From contig OZ246001.1 in NCBI GenBank assembly GCA_965230295.1, positions 1,152,001-1,216,000 of the forward strand: 64,000 bases of DNA, written 5' to 3'. Both the position numbers and the translations under genes were made by a program. The DNA comes from Marinicella sp. (GTDB taxonomy: Bacteria > Pseudomonadota > Gammaproteobacteria > Xanthomonadales > Marinicellaceae). Positions 40,991 to 50,785 of this stretch are shown one piece after another. Numbering within the stretch: the stretch's first letter is position 1; each line of letters starts with the position of its first letter. Below the pieces are notes generated by a model. It made no database searches and had not been told where the DNA came from. It saw only the letters and a list, made by a program, of their open reading frames with translations.

Positions 40991-41917
40991 ATGGATATTT
41001 TGAGTGATTTACTACAGCAAAGCCAATTAACCGGCGGGGTGTATTATTGCCATGCCTTTGATGACCGTTGGGGCCTGGATATTGATGCTTCAATCCATGG
41101 CACTTTTCATATTTTAATCAGGGGTGCTGCACAATTGTCCTATCAAAACAAAATCATCAAAATGAAGGCTGGCGACATCATCGCCTTGCCGAATGGTCAC
41201 GCCCATTGGATTGGTTTAGATAAAAACTGTAGACGAGTTTCAATGTCAGACATCATCACTCTGTATCAAAAACCGATGATGGCCATGCCTGATATGGATT
41301 CTGTGGTATCGATCCTCTTGTCTGGCCACTTCAGCTTCAATAACCCAACACAATTTCCATTATTTAACGGCCTGCCTGATTGTATCCAAGTGGCATCCGC
41401 ATCGAATAAACACCTTGAATGGCTTCGAGCGCTGGTTATCAAAATGAATATGGAAGCCATTGAAAAGTCCATGGGTTCTGAACTGTTTCTAAATCGACAA
41501 GTTGAATTGTTATTTATCGAGCTGATGAGGCATTGGCTTCGAAAGAATAAAAGAAACAATGTCTTGTTAAAAGCCGCCAAGAATAAATTTGTATTCCAGG
41601 CTTTGACTCGTTTTCATGAATCCCCTGAGCAAGACCATAGATTAGAAGAGTTGGCTATAGAAGTAGGCACCAGCAGGGCCAACCTGACTAAAAAGTTCAC
41701 CAAAATTGTGGGTGTTGCTCCCATGACTTACCTGAACCGGTGGCGTATCCATAAAGCTTGTCATTTGTTAATCACGACCGACCTAAATGTTATGGAAGTG
41801 GCTTACAAAGTCGGTTACCAATCTGACTCTGCTCTGGCTAAAGTGTTCCGCAACGAACTTGGTATGTCACCTGGAACCTACCGGAAAAACAGTAAAAATA
41901 CAGTTCATTTGATTTAA
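40991..41917 (+). CDS. AraC family regulator with cupin_6 sensor domain
   Basis: MDILSDLL start after GAGGA; FH.L.RG, LPNG.AH; double HTH at the C-terminus. Confidence 0.92.
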   Translation: MDILSDLLQQSQLTGGVYYCHAFDDRWGLDIDASIHGTFHILIRGAAQLSYQNKIIKMKAGDIIALPNGHAHWIGLDKNCRRVSMSDIITLYQKPMMAMPDMDSVVSILLSGHFSFNNPTQFPLFNGLPDCIQVASASNKHLEWLRALVIKMNMEAIEKSMGSELFLNRQVELLFIELMRHWLRKNKRNNVLLKAAKNKFVFQALTRFHESPEQDHRLEELAIEVGTSRANLTKKFTKIVGVAPMTYLNRWRIHKACHLLITTDLNVMEVAYKVGYQSDSALAKVFRNELGMSPGTYRKNSKNTVHLI

Positions 41918-41948
41918 AAAAGGTGAGCAGCACCATGCTGCACACCTT
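41916..41948 (-). terminator. Intrinsic terminator
   Basis: AAGGTG.GCAGCA-loop-TGCTGC.CACCTT followed by a T-run on the minus strand. Confidence 0.7.
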
Positions 41949-41974
41949 CGTTTGGAGTGACCTGATAAGTCTTT

Positions 41975-42250
41975 TTACATGGCTTTTTTGGCGCAAGCTT
42001 CAGCGACTTTTAAAGCGTCTTGTTGCACTTTTTCAGAGTCACCAGATTTTTGAGCGGCCAATACAGCTGCATAATCGGTATTGTTAACATTACACTCACA
42101 GACTTTCTTGGTCTTTTCTCGCATGTTTTCAGGCACGCTGTCAACTTGTGAGGCACAAGCTTTCAATGCGGCTTCTTTCAATTGACTGGCATCCATAGAG
42201 AATCCCACTGTGGTCATCATCAGCATGATTATGATGGTCGTTTTCTTCAT
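41975..42250 (-). CDS. Small secreted Cys-containing protein
   Basis: Signal peptide; C...CEC...C pattern. Confidence 0.7.
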   Translation of the reverse strand: MKKTTIIIMLMMTTVGFSMDASQLKEAALKACASQVDSVPENMREKTKKVCECNVNNTDYAAVLAAQKSGDSEKVQQDALKVAEACAKKAM

Positions 42251-42429
42251 ATTTAATTTCCTAGATTAAAGGGATGCCCAAGGTAGCATGCGCTGATGAA
42301 GGAATTTTATGACAGCCATCACAGAACGGTTTTTTGGCCCTGTTTTTAACGGCTAAATGACTGAATATTAACGATAATATAATGAATAAATCGATTATTT
42401 TTTATTGTGCTTTGGTGCTGACATCTGTA

Positions 42430-42876
42430 TCAACTGGCTGTTTTTAAATGTTCCACATGGCAAGCATTCAAATACTCATTCTTAACGATTTCAACCGCTT
42501 CATCAAACTTTTCATCCAAATAATGCATGATCTTGTCTGACAACAAAGTATCAGGGTCATGGTGACCACTCCATTTAATCAGTTGTAACACAGAGGGGAT
42601 TAAATCCAATCCTTTTTCAGTCAAGTGGTACAGTTTCTGGCGGCCGTTTTCTGGGTCTTTGCATTGTGTGATCAAACCATGCTGGGTCAGTTTTTTCAGG
42701 CGGTTGGCCAGAATGTTGGTGGCCACACCTTCTTCGCTTTCAATGAATTGTTTATAGCGACAACAGCCTTTGAATAGCATGTCTCTGATGACCAGGAAAC
42801 TCCATTTGTCACCAAATATTTCTAACACATAGGTCATTGGGCAAACAGTCATTTTATAAGTCTTGTTTTTCGTCAT
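42430..42876 (-). CDS. HxlR family winged-helix regulator
   Basis: CP....LEIFGDKWS.LVIRD, NILANRLK.L, Y.LTEKGLDL. Confidence 0.92.
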   Translation of the reverse strand: MTKNKTYKMTVCPMTYVLEIFGDKWSFLVIRDMLFKGCCRYKQFIESEEGVATNILANRLKKLTQHGLITQCKDPENGRQKLYHLTEKGLDLIPSVLQLIKWSGHHDPDTLLSDKIMHYLDEKFDEAVEIVKNEYLNACHVEHLKTAS

Positions 42877-42897
42877 GCACAAATTCTAAACAAAAAG

Positions 42898-42951
42898 CTT
42901 GCATTTTGCAAGTATTTAAGTAAACTGGAATTACTTTCATATTGCAAGTAA
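42898..42951. promoter_or_regulatory. Two palindromic operators between hxlR-like gene and its divergent target
   Basis: CTTGCA-TTT-TGCAAG (42898-42912) and TTACTTTCA-TAT-TGCAAGTAA (42931-42951). Confidence 0.7.
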
Positions 42952-42963
42952 TAGAGAATCGCC

Positions 42964-43416
42964 ATGAAAAAGTACTATATATATTCAACTTTGTCATTTG
43001 TTATGGTTTCCTTGTTGGTAGAAATCATGATGTCTTCGCAAGCAGGTTTCACCACATTTGCTGGCTTCAATTGGTTCATCAGCACTGAATTGATTTCAAT
43101 GAACAACTTACTGAGTTGGTCACTGGAAGGTTTTGCCCTGAGTTTTGCTGCCTTCTTATACATCAAGCAAAAATCAGCCTTATCAGATGGTTTCCGTTTC
43201 GGCCTGATCACTGGATTGTTGTTCACTTTGATTGTCTTATTCAACATGATGTGGCAAATAGACCACAGTTTCTATCCATTTTTGGCAGACTCATTGTTGG
43301 CATTAACTGGCATACAACTGTTGGGCTTTGCTGTCAGCGGCTGGGTATTTGGGCTGTTGTATGAAATCTATTCACCTGAATTACCCACCAACAAAAGCCT
43401 TTGGTCATTGGCTTGA
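42964..43416 (+). CDS. 4-TM membrane protein
   Basis: Hydrophobic helices, GFRFGLITG; divergent from the regulator. Confidence 0.7.
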   Translation: MKKYYIYSTLSFVMVSLLVEIMMSSQAGFTTFAGFNWFISTELISMNNLLSWSLEGFALSFAAFLYIKQKSALSDGFRFGLITGLLFTLIVLFNMMWQIDHSFYPFLADSLLALTGIQLLGFAVSGWVFGLLYEIYSPELPTNKSLWSLA

Positions 43417-43500
43417 TCCAAGACCACTTACTTCACCTTGCAGACCACCCAGGTCAGTCCCCCCAAAATTAAACAACTCCTGGGCCTGCAAGGTGGGTTT

Positions 43501-43524
43501 AAGGAATGTTCTTGGGGCTTCATT
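43501..43524 (+). repeat. Isolated left end of the bipartite hairpin repeat
   Basis: AAGGAATGTTCTTGGGGCTTCATT identical to 19983-20006. Confidence 0.75.
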
Positions 43525-43808
43525 TCATCGGTTTTTGTATCGGCAACCAAGCCACCGCAGAAGTACAGGTTTTGGCGTTACGGCCTGAGCACGAAGGCCA
43601 GGGAATTGCAGCTCGGTTGATGAACCAATTGCAATCCGCTTTGTTCGAGTATGGACACCCAAAGCTTTGGTTACTGACGACCCCAGATACAAAATTAAGG
43701 GCTTATGGTTTTTATCAACATATGGGTTGGCAAGCCACCGGTGAAATGATCAATGGTGAAGAAAAGTTTATGCTAACAGATCAGTCCAATCACCAGAAAG
43801 ACTGGTGA
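43506..43808 (+). pseudogene. 5'-truncated GNAT N-acetyltransferase
   Basis: IGFC...EVQVLALRPEHEGQGIA..L, RAYGFYQHMGW; N-terminal half missing, in-frame TAA at 43500, ATG supplied by the repeat end. Confidence 0.65.
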
Positions 43809-44257
43809 ATCGCCAGGCCTTCTGCCTCTAGTAACGGCCCGATCACAGTCACGGCCCGGTGTCCTTTTTGCAACACATCTCGACAAGGGATGACCAGGCT
43901 TCCACCAGTCAGTTGGCCCAATCCAACAGCAGAACAACCGTAAATCACCTCAGCAACCCCACTCCAATAAATGGCTCCAGCACACATCGCACAGGGTTCG
44001 GTGGATGTATATAAAGTGGCTCTATTTAAATCTTCTTGTGTCAACACTTTGGCAGCAGAGCGAAGCAACTCAAGTTCAGCATGTCGGGTGTTATCACCAG
44101 AGCTGACCACTTGGTTTTGGCTCTGCAAAACCGCCTGACCATCAACCACCAAAATGGCTCCAAAAGGGTGGTTACCTACATTGACTGCATCCTTGGCCAA
44201 TTGGTAACAGCGGTGGATGAAAGATGCATGATCTTTCGAAGATAGTTCATTGCCCAT
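43790..44257 (-). CDS. Nucleoside/guanine deaminase (CDA fold)
   Basis: PFGA, HAE, TSTEPCAMC.GAIYW. Confidence 0.92.
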   Translation of the reverse strand: MGNELSSKDHASFIHRCYQLAKDAVNVGNHPFGAILVVDGQAVLQSQNQVVSSGDNTRHAELELLRSAAKVLTQEDLNRATLYTSTEPCAMCAGAIYWSGVAEVIYGCSAVGLGQLTGGSLVIPCRDVLQKGHRAVTVIGPLLEAEGLAIHQSFW

Positions 44258-44410
44258 AACTTTATGATCTCAACCAATAATTCTCTTTATATCATTTAAA
44301 CGACCTTTAGATGCTGGAAAAATACCAAACTTGAAATCAGCTGATAACTGACAAATATCAGCCTATAGAGTTCTTTTGATCAGCTGAGAAACTTTCAAAA
44401 CTGCTTTTTT

Positions 44411-44426
44411 TGTGAAAAGCGTCACA
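44411..44426. promoter_or_regulatory. CRP/Clp-type binding site
   Basis: TGTGA-AAAGCG-TCACA, perfect consensus, followed by TTT, about 165 nt upstream of 44590. Confidence 0.7.
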
Positions 44427-44589
44427 TTTTGTGACATTATTTTACAGTTTTTTGCAAATTTGCATTGCCATTTTAAATGACCGGACTTTTTGTTAATTAA
44501 GTATACCCAAAAAGCAACTAATTATATCTGTTAACAGTTTCATCCATTACAATCAATCAGACTAGTTAAAAAGAAAAGAGGTGTAAATT

Positions 44590-45405
44590 ATGAAAAAAAG
44601 GACAATCTTGATCATGGGCATTGCCATGAATGTCAGTGCTGTTGCTGATTCAGGCGATGCAAACTTACTGGGTGGACCAACACTCATGACGGAAGATCTG
44701 GTGATTGGAACAGGTGGTTTTGGCGGTGGTGTTGCCAATGATACTTTCATTGTAGAATCACAAACTGGCACCAATGTTTCGCTGTTGACAGGCGTGCCAT
44801 TTTGGGGATCCACGTATGACCCTGCGGGAAACAGGGTTCTTTATACCACCAGTGGTGGCACCACGGATGGTGCGGATTTGTTGGCCATAGATGTAGATAC
44901 CGGGGCGACCAGTTCATTAGGGACGATCACAGCCAATACATTCGAACTAAGGATTGATGGTCTTGCTATTTCAAGAGGCGTTTTATACGGTGTTCATCAA
45001 TTTGATGACGACAATGTTTCTGGTTTATACAGCATTGATCTTGGTACCTTTGAAGCCACGTTTATTGCCTCCATACCTTCTGGTAATGTGAGCGGTATTG
45101 ATGCAGACCCATCTACAGGAATCATCTATGCAGTCGATGACACTGCAGCACAAGTACAACAAATTGATCTGGATGGCACCATCACCAACTTGGTAGCCTA
45201 CCCAGCAGGTTATACAGATGTTGATGGCTTGGCTCTAGGTTATGGTGTGGCGTATTTAATTGCTGATGAGGCTCAAGATATAGTGCCTCTTGACCTCAGT
45301 ACTCTTACCTATGGAACCCCCATCACCACACCCTTTACCGTGGCAGATACATTTTCTGGCGGCGCGTTTGTGCATGATGTTATTTTTGCGAATGGATTTC
45401 AATAA
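44590..45405 (+). CDS. Secreted beta-propeller-like protein with C-terminal DVIFANGFQ motif
   Basis: Signal peptide; repeats LYSIDL.T / IDADPSTG.IYAV / DGLA. Confidence 0.75.
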   Translation: MKKRTILIMGIAMNVSAVADSGDANLLGGPTLMTEDLVIGTGGFGGGVANDTFIVESQTGTNVSLLTGVPFWGSTYDPAGNRVLYTTSGGTTDGADLLAIDVDTGATSSLGTITANTFELRIDGLAISRGVLYGVHQFDDDNVSGLYSIDLGTFEATFIASIPSGNVSGIDADPSTGIIYAVDDTAAQVQQIDLDGTITNLVAYPAGYTDVDGLALGYGVAYLIADEAQDIVPLDLSTLTYGTPITTPFTVADTFSGGAFVHDVIFANGFQ

Positions 45406-45447
45406 TTGATAGATGACTCATCCAATAGGTTGAGTTATTCCTGATTT

Positions 45448-45494
45448 AACAGGCTGTTCCGGTGTGACTGACATCAATCGGGGCAGCCTGTTTT
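45448..45494 (+). terminator. Probable terminator hairpin
   Basis: AACAGGCTGTTCC...GGGCAGCCTGTT followed by TT. Confidence 0.6.
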
Positions 45495-45594
45495 CATTGT
45501 GATAAGCAACCTTGTTGGCCACAAAAAAACTTCCATCAATCAAGTGACCCCTTCGACCATTAAAGGTTTTTAACCCGGTTGAAGAGACAATGAC

Positions 45595-46158
45595 TCAGTG
45601 ACCATACAAAACCGTTAGAGAACTAAGCGCCATCTGCGCTTCTCTACATTTTTTATCCAACTGTTGTTGATTGGCGACTTGGTGCTCTTGATCCAATTCT
45701 TCAGTCATTGTTAACAAGCCGGCAGTCAAATCTGCTCCGGACTGACTGAAATCCTGGTCACCTAATTGGGCTTCAATTCCATGCTGGTAATAATAGCGCC
45801 CCAAGGCAATGATGTTACTGGCACGGGATTCATAAGTTGATAATGCGGCAGCCACTTCTGGGCCACAATATTGAGCTGATACCCCATAAACTTGTGTGAA
45901 GGCATAACTTTTAGCGGCATCTGTTTTCGCCAACACCTGCATGGCTTTGAGTTTATCAGGGTCACTGATGCCTTGGGATTTATCTTTAAAAATTTGGTCC
46001 AGGGTGGCTTGCATGGCGGCTGTAAATTCAGCTTCATGTAACTGTTCAAAGGCCTTCAGATCTTCACTTTGGCAACCTTCGCAAGACTCAATGGGCCCTT
46101 GATTTGTGGCACAAGCCATGAGCATCAAAAAAAGTCCACAGACGATCAGTTTCATCAT
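45595..46158 (-). CDS. Lipoprotein, hypothetical
   Basis: Lipobox LMAC; start overlaps the dioxygenase stop. Confidence 0.7.
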   Translation of the reverse strand: MMKLIVCGLFLMLMACATNQGPIESCEGCQSEDLKAFEQLHEAEFTAAMQATLDQIFKDKSQGISDPDKLKAMQVLAKTDAAKSYAFTQVYGVSAQYCGPEVAAALSTYESRASNIIALGRYYYQHGIEAQLGDQDFSQSGADLTAGLLTMTEELDQEHQVANQQQLDKKCREAQMALSSLTVLYGH

Positions 46159-46808
46159 TACACTGCCTGCATAACGATGTTATACAGTAAGTTGGACTTA
46201 TCACCTTTGACTGATTGGGCCACCATCATCTTTTGTTCATCTTTGGTTTTACTCTGTAACAGACGATCCACTTGGTTCAATTCATGATCCGGAAAATACA
46301 TTTGGGTGGTCACTTCATCATAGCCTGATTTGCTGACTTTAAAGTGGATGTGTGGTGGGCGGGTCCAGGAATCTGAGACAGGGTATGGTCCGGGAATGAT
46401 GGTTTTGAACTTAAATCCACCTTGTTCACCACTTTGCACGATGGCCCAGCCTTGAAAGTTTGCGTCTAAGGGTGCCGGGTTGGCGTCGTGCGGGTGACGG
46501 TAACGCCCAGCTGCATTGGCTTGCCAAATGTCCACAGTGGCACCTTCCACTGGATTGCCGTCTATGTCGAGAACTTGACCTTGGATGGTCACCACTTCGC
46601 CTAAAGCCTTTTCGTCTTTACCTGTTACTTGAGTTAAATCAAAATCCTGGTCTTTTTGCGGGGTTATCGGGTAAAACGGGCCTTCAATTTCATCCGGGGT
46701 GATGGCATTGGCAGCCAAAACATTGGGCGTGATGGCAGTAATGGCACCGCCCGCCAATCCCATGCGAACAAACGAACGTCGATCTTGGTTGGGTTTATCT
46801 GTAGACAT
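46158..46808 (-). CDS. Tat-exported intradiol ring-cleavage dioxygenase-like protein
   Basis: DRRSFV twin-Arg signal; EGPFYP, WQANAAGRY.H, PGPY, RPPHIHF, TTQMYF. Confidence 0.88.
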   Translation of the reverse strand: MSTDKPNQDRRSFVRMGLAGGAITAITPNVLAANAITPDEIEGPFYPITPQKDQDFDLTQVTGKDEKALGEVVTIQGQVLDIDGNPVEGATVDIWQANAAGRYRHPHDANPAPLDANFQGWAIVQSGEQGGFKFKTIIPGPYPVSDSWTRPPHIHFKVSKSGYDEVTTQMYFPDHELNQVDRLLQSKTKDEQKMMVAQSVKGDKSNLLYNIVMQAV

Positions 46809-46817
46809 ATATGTACC

Positions 46818-47543
46818 TCATTTTTCAGGGGGTTGCTCAAACCCATCAACAAAAATAAAATCTCCATTGGCGGTGTTAACAATCAGTTGATCAAATGCCA
46901 TGAATTCATTGTCATCGGTGTGGTTGTTGTTGGATATCACAACGATTTGTTCTACCGTTTGACCAAAAGGCACACCGCCCAGAGCAGAATAAATCAACTG
47001 ACCATTGATGAAATAATCGATTTCATTGGTTTGGGTCCTGGTTGCCACATACAGGGTGATATATTCACCGGTGGGATAATCGAAACCAGTGTCATAAAAA
47101 CCATTGACACCACCTGGTGAATCAAATACCAACAAATCACCGGTATTGGTGAATCGCAGGCGCCAAGTGATCAGGTTCTGAACCACCGATTGAGCCAACA
47201 AATCATAGGCTGCCCCATTCAAATCGCTGAAATACAGATCAACATATACCGAAGGAGACAGGTCAGATACTGCTGTATTGAATGTAGGACTGAATGCACC
47301 ACTTTGTGTTCCTGGTACCACTTGGCTGTCTCGACTGATGCGAGCATGTTGTGACCCAGAAGATGGCTGATTGGTATCCACCGTGGGTTGTTCTGGAATG
47401 TTGGGGAAATTGGACCAACCATTTTGGTCGACCAAGGGACCGGTTACAAAACCCTCTTCTGACTCAAAATCGATGAAATAAACGTCAGCTGATAATGCTG
47501 TCACGACAGTGAGCAAAACCAACAACGTGAATATTTTTAGCAT
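46818..47543 (-). CDS. Secreted beta-sandwich protein with C-terminal DFIFVDGFE motif
   Basis: Signal peptide; IDFES, QNGWS, YFINGQL (ConA-like strands). Confidence 0.7.
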   Translation of the reverse strand: MLKIFTLLVLLTVVTALSADVYFIDFESEEGFVTGPLVDQNGWSNFPNIPEQPTVDTNQPSSGSQHARISRDSQVVPGTQSGAFSPTFNTAVSDLSPSVYVDLYFSDLNGAAYDLLAQSVVQNLITWRLRFTNTGDLLVFDSPGGVNGFYDTGFDYPTGEYITLYVATRTQTNEIDYFINGQLIYSALGGVPFGQTVEQIVVISNNNHTDDNEFMAFDQLIVNTANGDFIFVDGFEQPPEK

Positions 47544-47633
47544 GATCAATCCTTATTTTGTGTTCACAGGCTTGGAATTGTACTGCAAAAAGCGTTATTT
47601 AACTGTTACCTGATTCACTGTTGTTACGATTTC

Positions 47634-47660
47634 TAGGAAAGCTGCTGAGCAGCTTTCCTA
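47634..47660. repeat. Palindrome of the repeat right end at the rlmB stop
   Basis: TAGGAAAGCTGC-TGA-GCAGCTTTCCTA; same stem as the end of 19985-20145. Confidence 0.7.
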
Positions 47661-48407
47661 TGAATTAGCTGACCTTTGACGCAACACTTCGAATAAAGTG
47701 ATGCCTGTTGCCACAGAAACATTCAGGCTTTGCACCTCACCGGCCATAGGTAGGTGGATCAAGTGATCGCAGGATTGTTTAACCAGGTGACGCAAACCTT
47801 TACCCTCGTTACCCATCACGATGGCCACAGCACCAGTCAGATCGGTTTGGTAAATGTCTTGGCTGTCTGCATCCAATGCTGTGCCGTAAACCCAAACACC
47901 AGCTGCTTTGATCGCCTCAATTGCACGCACCAAATTGGTCACCTGAAACAGCGCCAAGTGTTCCACTGCACCGGCGGCTGTTTTGTGGGTGATGGGAGTG
48001 ATGGATGCTGACTTGTCTTTACTGAACACCACGGCAGTCACTCCGGCGGCATCTGCGCTGCGCAAACAAGCGCCTAAGTTCCTCGGGTCCTCGATACAAT
48101 CCAACACCAATATCAATGGGTTTTGCCATTCTGCCAATGCCTGCTTCAATTCTTTTTCTGATTTCAGCTTTGCGGCATGAATACTGGCCACAACGCCTTG
48201 GTGACGGTCACCACACATGCGATCAAGCTCTTGTAGGCTGACCCGTTGCATGGGCAGGCGGTTTTTTTCTATTGCACCTTGTAACTTCAGCAGTCGCTTG
48301 TTTTGGGCGTCTTTTTGTAACCACACAGTCTTGACTTGGTCTCCGGCTTTGAGCGCCATTTCCACTGCATGGATACCAAAAATCAAGTTGTCTTGTGGGT
48401 CATTCAT
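47658..48407 (-). CDS. rlmB: 23S rRNA (Gm2251) methyltransferase
   Basis: FGIHAV, HQGVVA, LD.IEDPRNLGACLRSADAAG, GNEGKGLR, SLNVSVA. Confidence 0.97.
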   Translation of the reverse strand: MNDPQDNLIFGIHAVEMALKAGDQVKTVWLQKDAQNKRLLKLQGAIEKNRLPMQRVSLQELDRMCGDRHQGVVASIHAAKLKSEKELKQALAEWQNPLILVLDCIEDPRNLGACLRSADAAGVTAVVFSKDKSASITPITHKTAAGAVEHLALFQVTNLVRAIEAIKAAGVWVYGTALDADSQDIYQTDLTGAVAIVMGNEGKGLRHLVKQSCDHLIHLPMAGEVQSLNVSVATGITLFEVLRQRSANS

Positions 48408-50698
48408 TTTTTACCCTTGCGGCGCCTTTTACTTTTACCAGACTTATTGCGCTGTTTTGATTTTTTCCCTTTTTGTTCAGCATGTACCTGCTCGGATGAT
48501 ACTGCCCTTTTCAGCTCACCTTTGGCATTGATTTTTCCTACATAATCAAAATCAATGCGGCGGTCATCTAAATCAACGGCCGCAATTTTAACCATCAATT
48601 GATCGGTTAAACGAAAACGGTTACCGCCACGCTCTCCGGTTAATTGGTGTTTGATGCCATCATGGTGGTAGTAATCATTAGGCAATGAAGTGACATGGAT
48701 CAAACCATCAACCTGGTATTGCTCCAATTGCACAAATAAACCGAAACGGGTAACGCCTGAAACGGTACCAACCATCTCATCACCAATAAACTGTTGCATG
48801 AACAAACATTTCAACCGGGCATCCACTTCACGTGACGCTGTTTCTGCCCGCCGTTCAGTCATTGAACATTGTTTGTTCATTTCTTCAGCTTGCCCATCGG
48901 TATAACGGTATGGCTTACCTTTGTGGTAAACAATGTGATCAATGGCTCGATGCACCATCAAATCAGGATAACGCCTGATGGGTGAAGTGAAATGTGCGTA
49001 ATGTGTTAACGCCAAACCAAAATGTCCGGCATTACCAGCTTCATAGCTGGCCAAAGATTGAGAACGCAGTACCACCTGCTCAATCAGGCTCTTGTCTTCC
49101 CGATGTTGAATTTGGCTCAACAATTTGGCCAAATCTTTGGGTGTCGGGTTGTCCATGAATGTGGGTGTCACACCCAAGCCTTTCAAAAAAGTGGTTAAGT
49201 CCCTGACCTTACTTTCTGGTGGCGGATTATGGCACCTGAAAGAAGCCGGCACCCCATGTTTCTCAATGAATTTAGCCGCACACACATTGGCTGAGATCAT
49301 GAAATTTTCGATCAACTTATGTGCATCATTGCGGCTGTATGGTTGGATGTCATCCACCATGCCATCTTCGCCAATGTGGATAAAGACATCTGTTGAATTG
49401 AATTCGATACCACCTCTGACGTGTTTTTCTTGCTGCAATATTTTGAATAAGTGGTATTGGTGATCCAACGATTCCCGCACAGGTGATGGCCACTCTTTGG
49501 CATTTTGGCCACCCGAAAGATAGGCCCAAGCCTCATCATAGGTGATGCGTGCATGAGAATGCATCAACCCCCGGTAAAATTCATAGGACTGGATTTCACC
49601 GGTACCATTGATGTGCATTTCGCACACCATACTCAGTCGGTCGACATTGGGATTCAGTGAACAAATACCGTTTGACAATTCTAACGGCAACATGGGTATC
49701 ACCCTACCAGGGAAATAAACCGATGTACCACGGTTATAGGCCTCTTTATCCAGTGGGTTATCCGGTTTGACGTACGTTGACACATCAGCAATGGCCACCA
49801 ACAATTTATACCCGGTGGCTGTGGGTTCGGCATAAACCGCATCATCAAAATCCCTGGCGTCGGCACCATCAATGGTTACCAAGGGTAAATGCCGGATGTC
49901 TTTATGCGGACCCAAATTGGCTTCATCAACCGTTTTGGGAATCTGTGCCCGGTGTTCTTCCACGGCTTCTGGCCACTCATGTGGCAGCCCTTCTGAAACG
50001 ATGGTTAATTGCATGGACAGTTCATGATTTAACTGCTGGCCCAAAATGGCAATCACTTCACCAAAAGCCGGTCGGTGTTTATCAGGGTATTTCTTAATGC
50101 TGACGGTGACATAGTCATTGTGCTTGGCACTGCCCATGGCCTCTTTTGGAATCATGATGTCACTGATTCTGGAATTGTCGGCTTTCACATAAGCCAATCC
50201 TTCTTCGTCAACCAAACGACCGGCCACTGTGGCGTGCGCCCTTTGTAAGACTTCAACGATGAAAGCATCGTGTTTGCCATTGCCTTTGTGGGCAGGTTGG
50301 ACATCTGCCAAAACCACATCACCATCCATCACCATGCGCATTTGTTTCGGTGTGATGAAGGCATCTTCTTCCAACTCATCTGATATCAGAAAACCAAAAC
50401 CATCACTGTGGGCACTGATGCGACCTTGGGTCAGTTCTAATTTTTTTCTGACCCCATAACCGCCTCGGCGATTTACCAAGAGCTGACCATCACGAACCAT
50501 AGAACGCAAACGAATGCGCAGACCTTCAAATTGTTCATCATTCTGAATACCGATTTTTATGGCGATACTTTCTAATTTGAGTAACTTTTTTTCTTGTTCT
50601 AGAAATTGAATCAGGGCTGTTCTTGAGGGGATGGGGTTTTTATATTGTTTTACTTGATCCGCAAATTCCGGATCAGGGATATTAAAAGGGTTTTTCAT
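48404..50698 (-). CDS. rnr: Ribonuclease R
   Basis: CSD domains, TIDG.DARDFDDA, HFTSPIRRYPDL, S1, basic tail. Confidence 0.97.
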   Translation of the reverse strand: MKNPFNIPDPEFADQVKQYKNPIPSRTALIQFLEQEKKLLKLESIAIKIGIQNDEQFEGLRIRLRSMVRDGQLLVNRRGGYGVRKKLELTQGRISAHSDGFGFLISDELEEDAFITPKQMRMVMDGDVVLADVQPAHKGNGKHDAFIVEVLQRAHATVAGRLVDEEGLAYVKADNSRISDIMIPKEAMGSAKHNDYVTVSIKKYPDKHRPAFGEVIAILGQQLNHELSMQLTIVSEGLPHEWPEAVEEHRAQIPKTVDEANLGPHKDIRHLPLVTIDGADARDFDDAVYAEPTATGYKLLVAIADVSTYVKPDNPLDKEAYNRGTSVYFPGRVIPMLPLELSNGICSLNPNVDRLSMVCEMHINGTGEIQSYEFYRGLMHSHARITYDEAWAYLSGGQNAKEWPSPVRESLDHQYHLFKILQQEKHVRGGIEFNSTDVFIHIGEDGMVDDIQPYSRNDAHKLIENFMISANVCAAKFIEKHGVPASFRCHNPPPESKVRDLTTFLKGLGVTPTFMDNPTPKDLAKLLSQIQHREDKSLIEQVVLRSQSLASYEAGNAGHFGLALTHYAHFTSPIRRYPDLMVHRAIDHIVYHKGKPYRYTDGQAEEMNKQCSMTERRAETASREVDARLKCLFMQQFIGDEMVGTVSGVTRFGLFVQLEQYQVDGLIHVTSLPNDYYHHDGIKHQLTGERGGNRFRLTDQLMVKIAAVDLDDRRIDFDYVGKINAKGELKRAVSSEQVHAEQKGKKSKQRNKSGKSKRRRKGKK

Positions 50699-50785
50699 GC
50701 TGCGTATTATACCTGTTTTAACTGGTGTGTTTTTTATAACTGCTGATTGATGTTAAAATAAAGCAAACCACAAGATGAACCCCCC

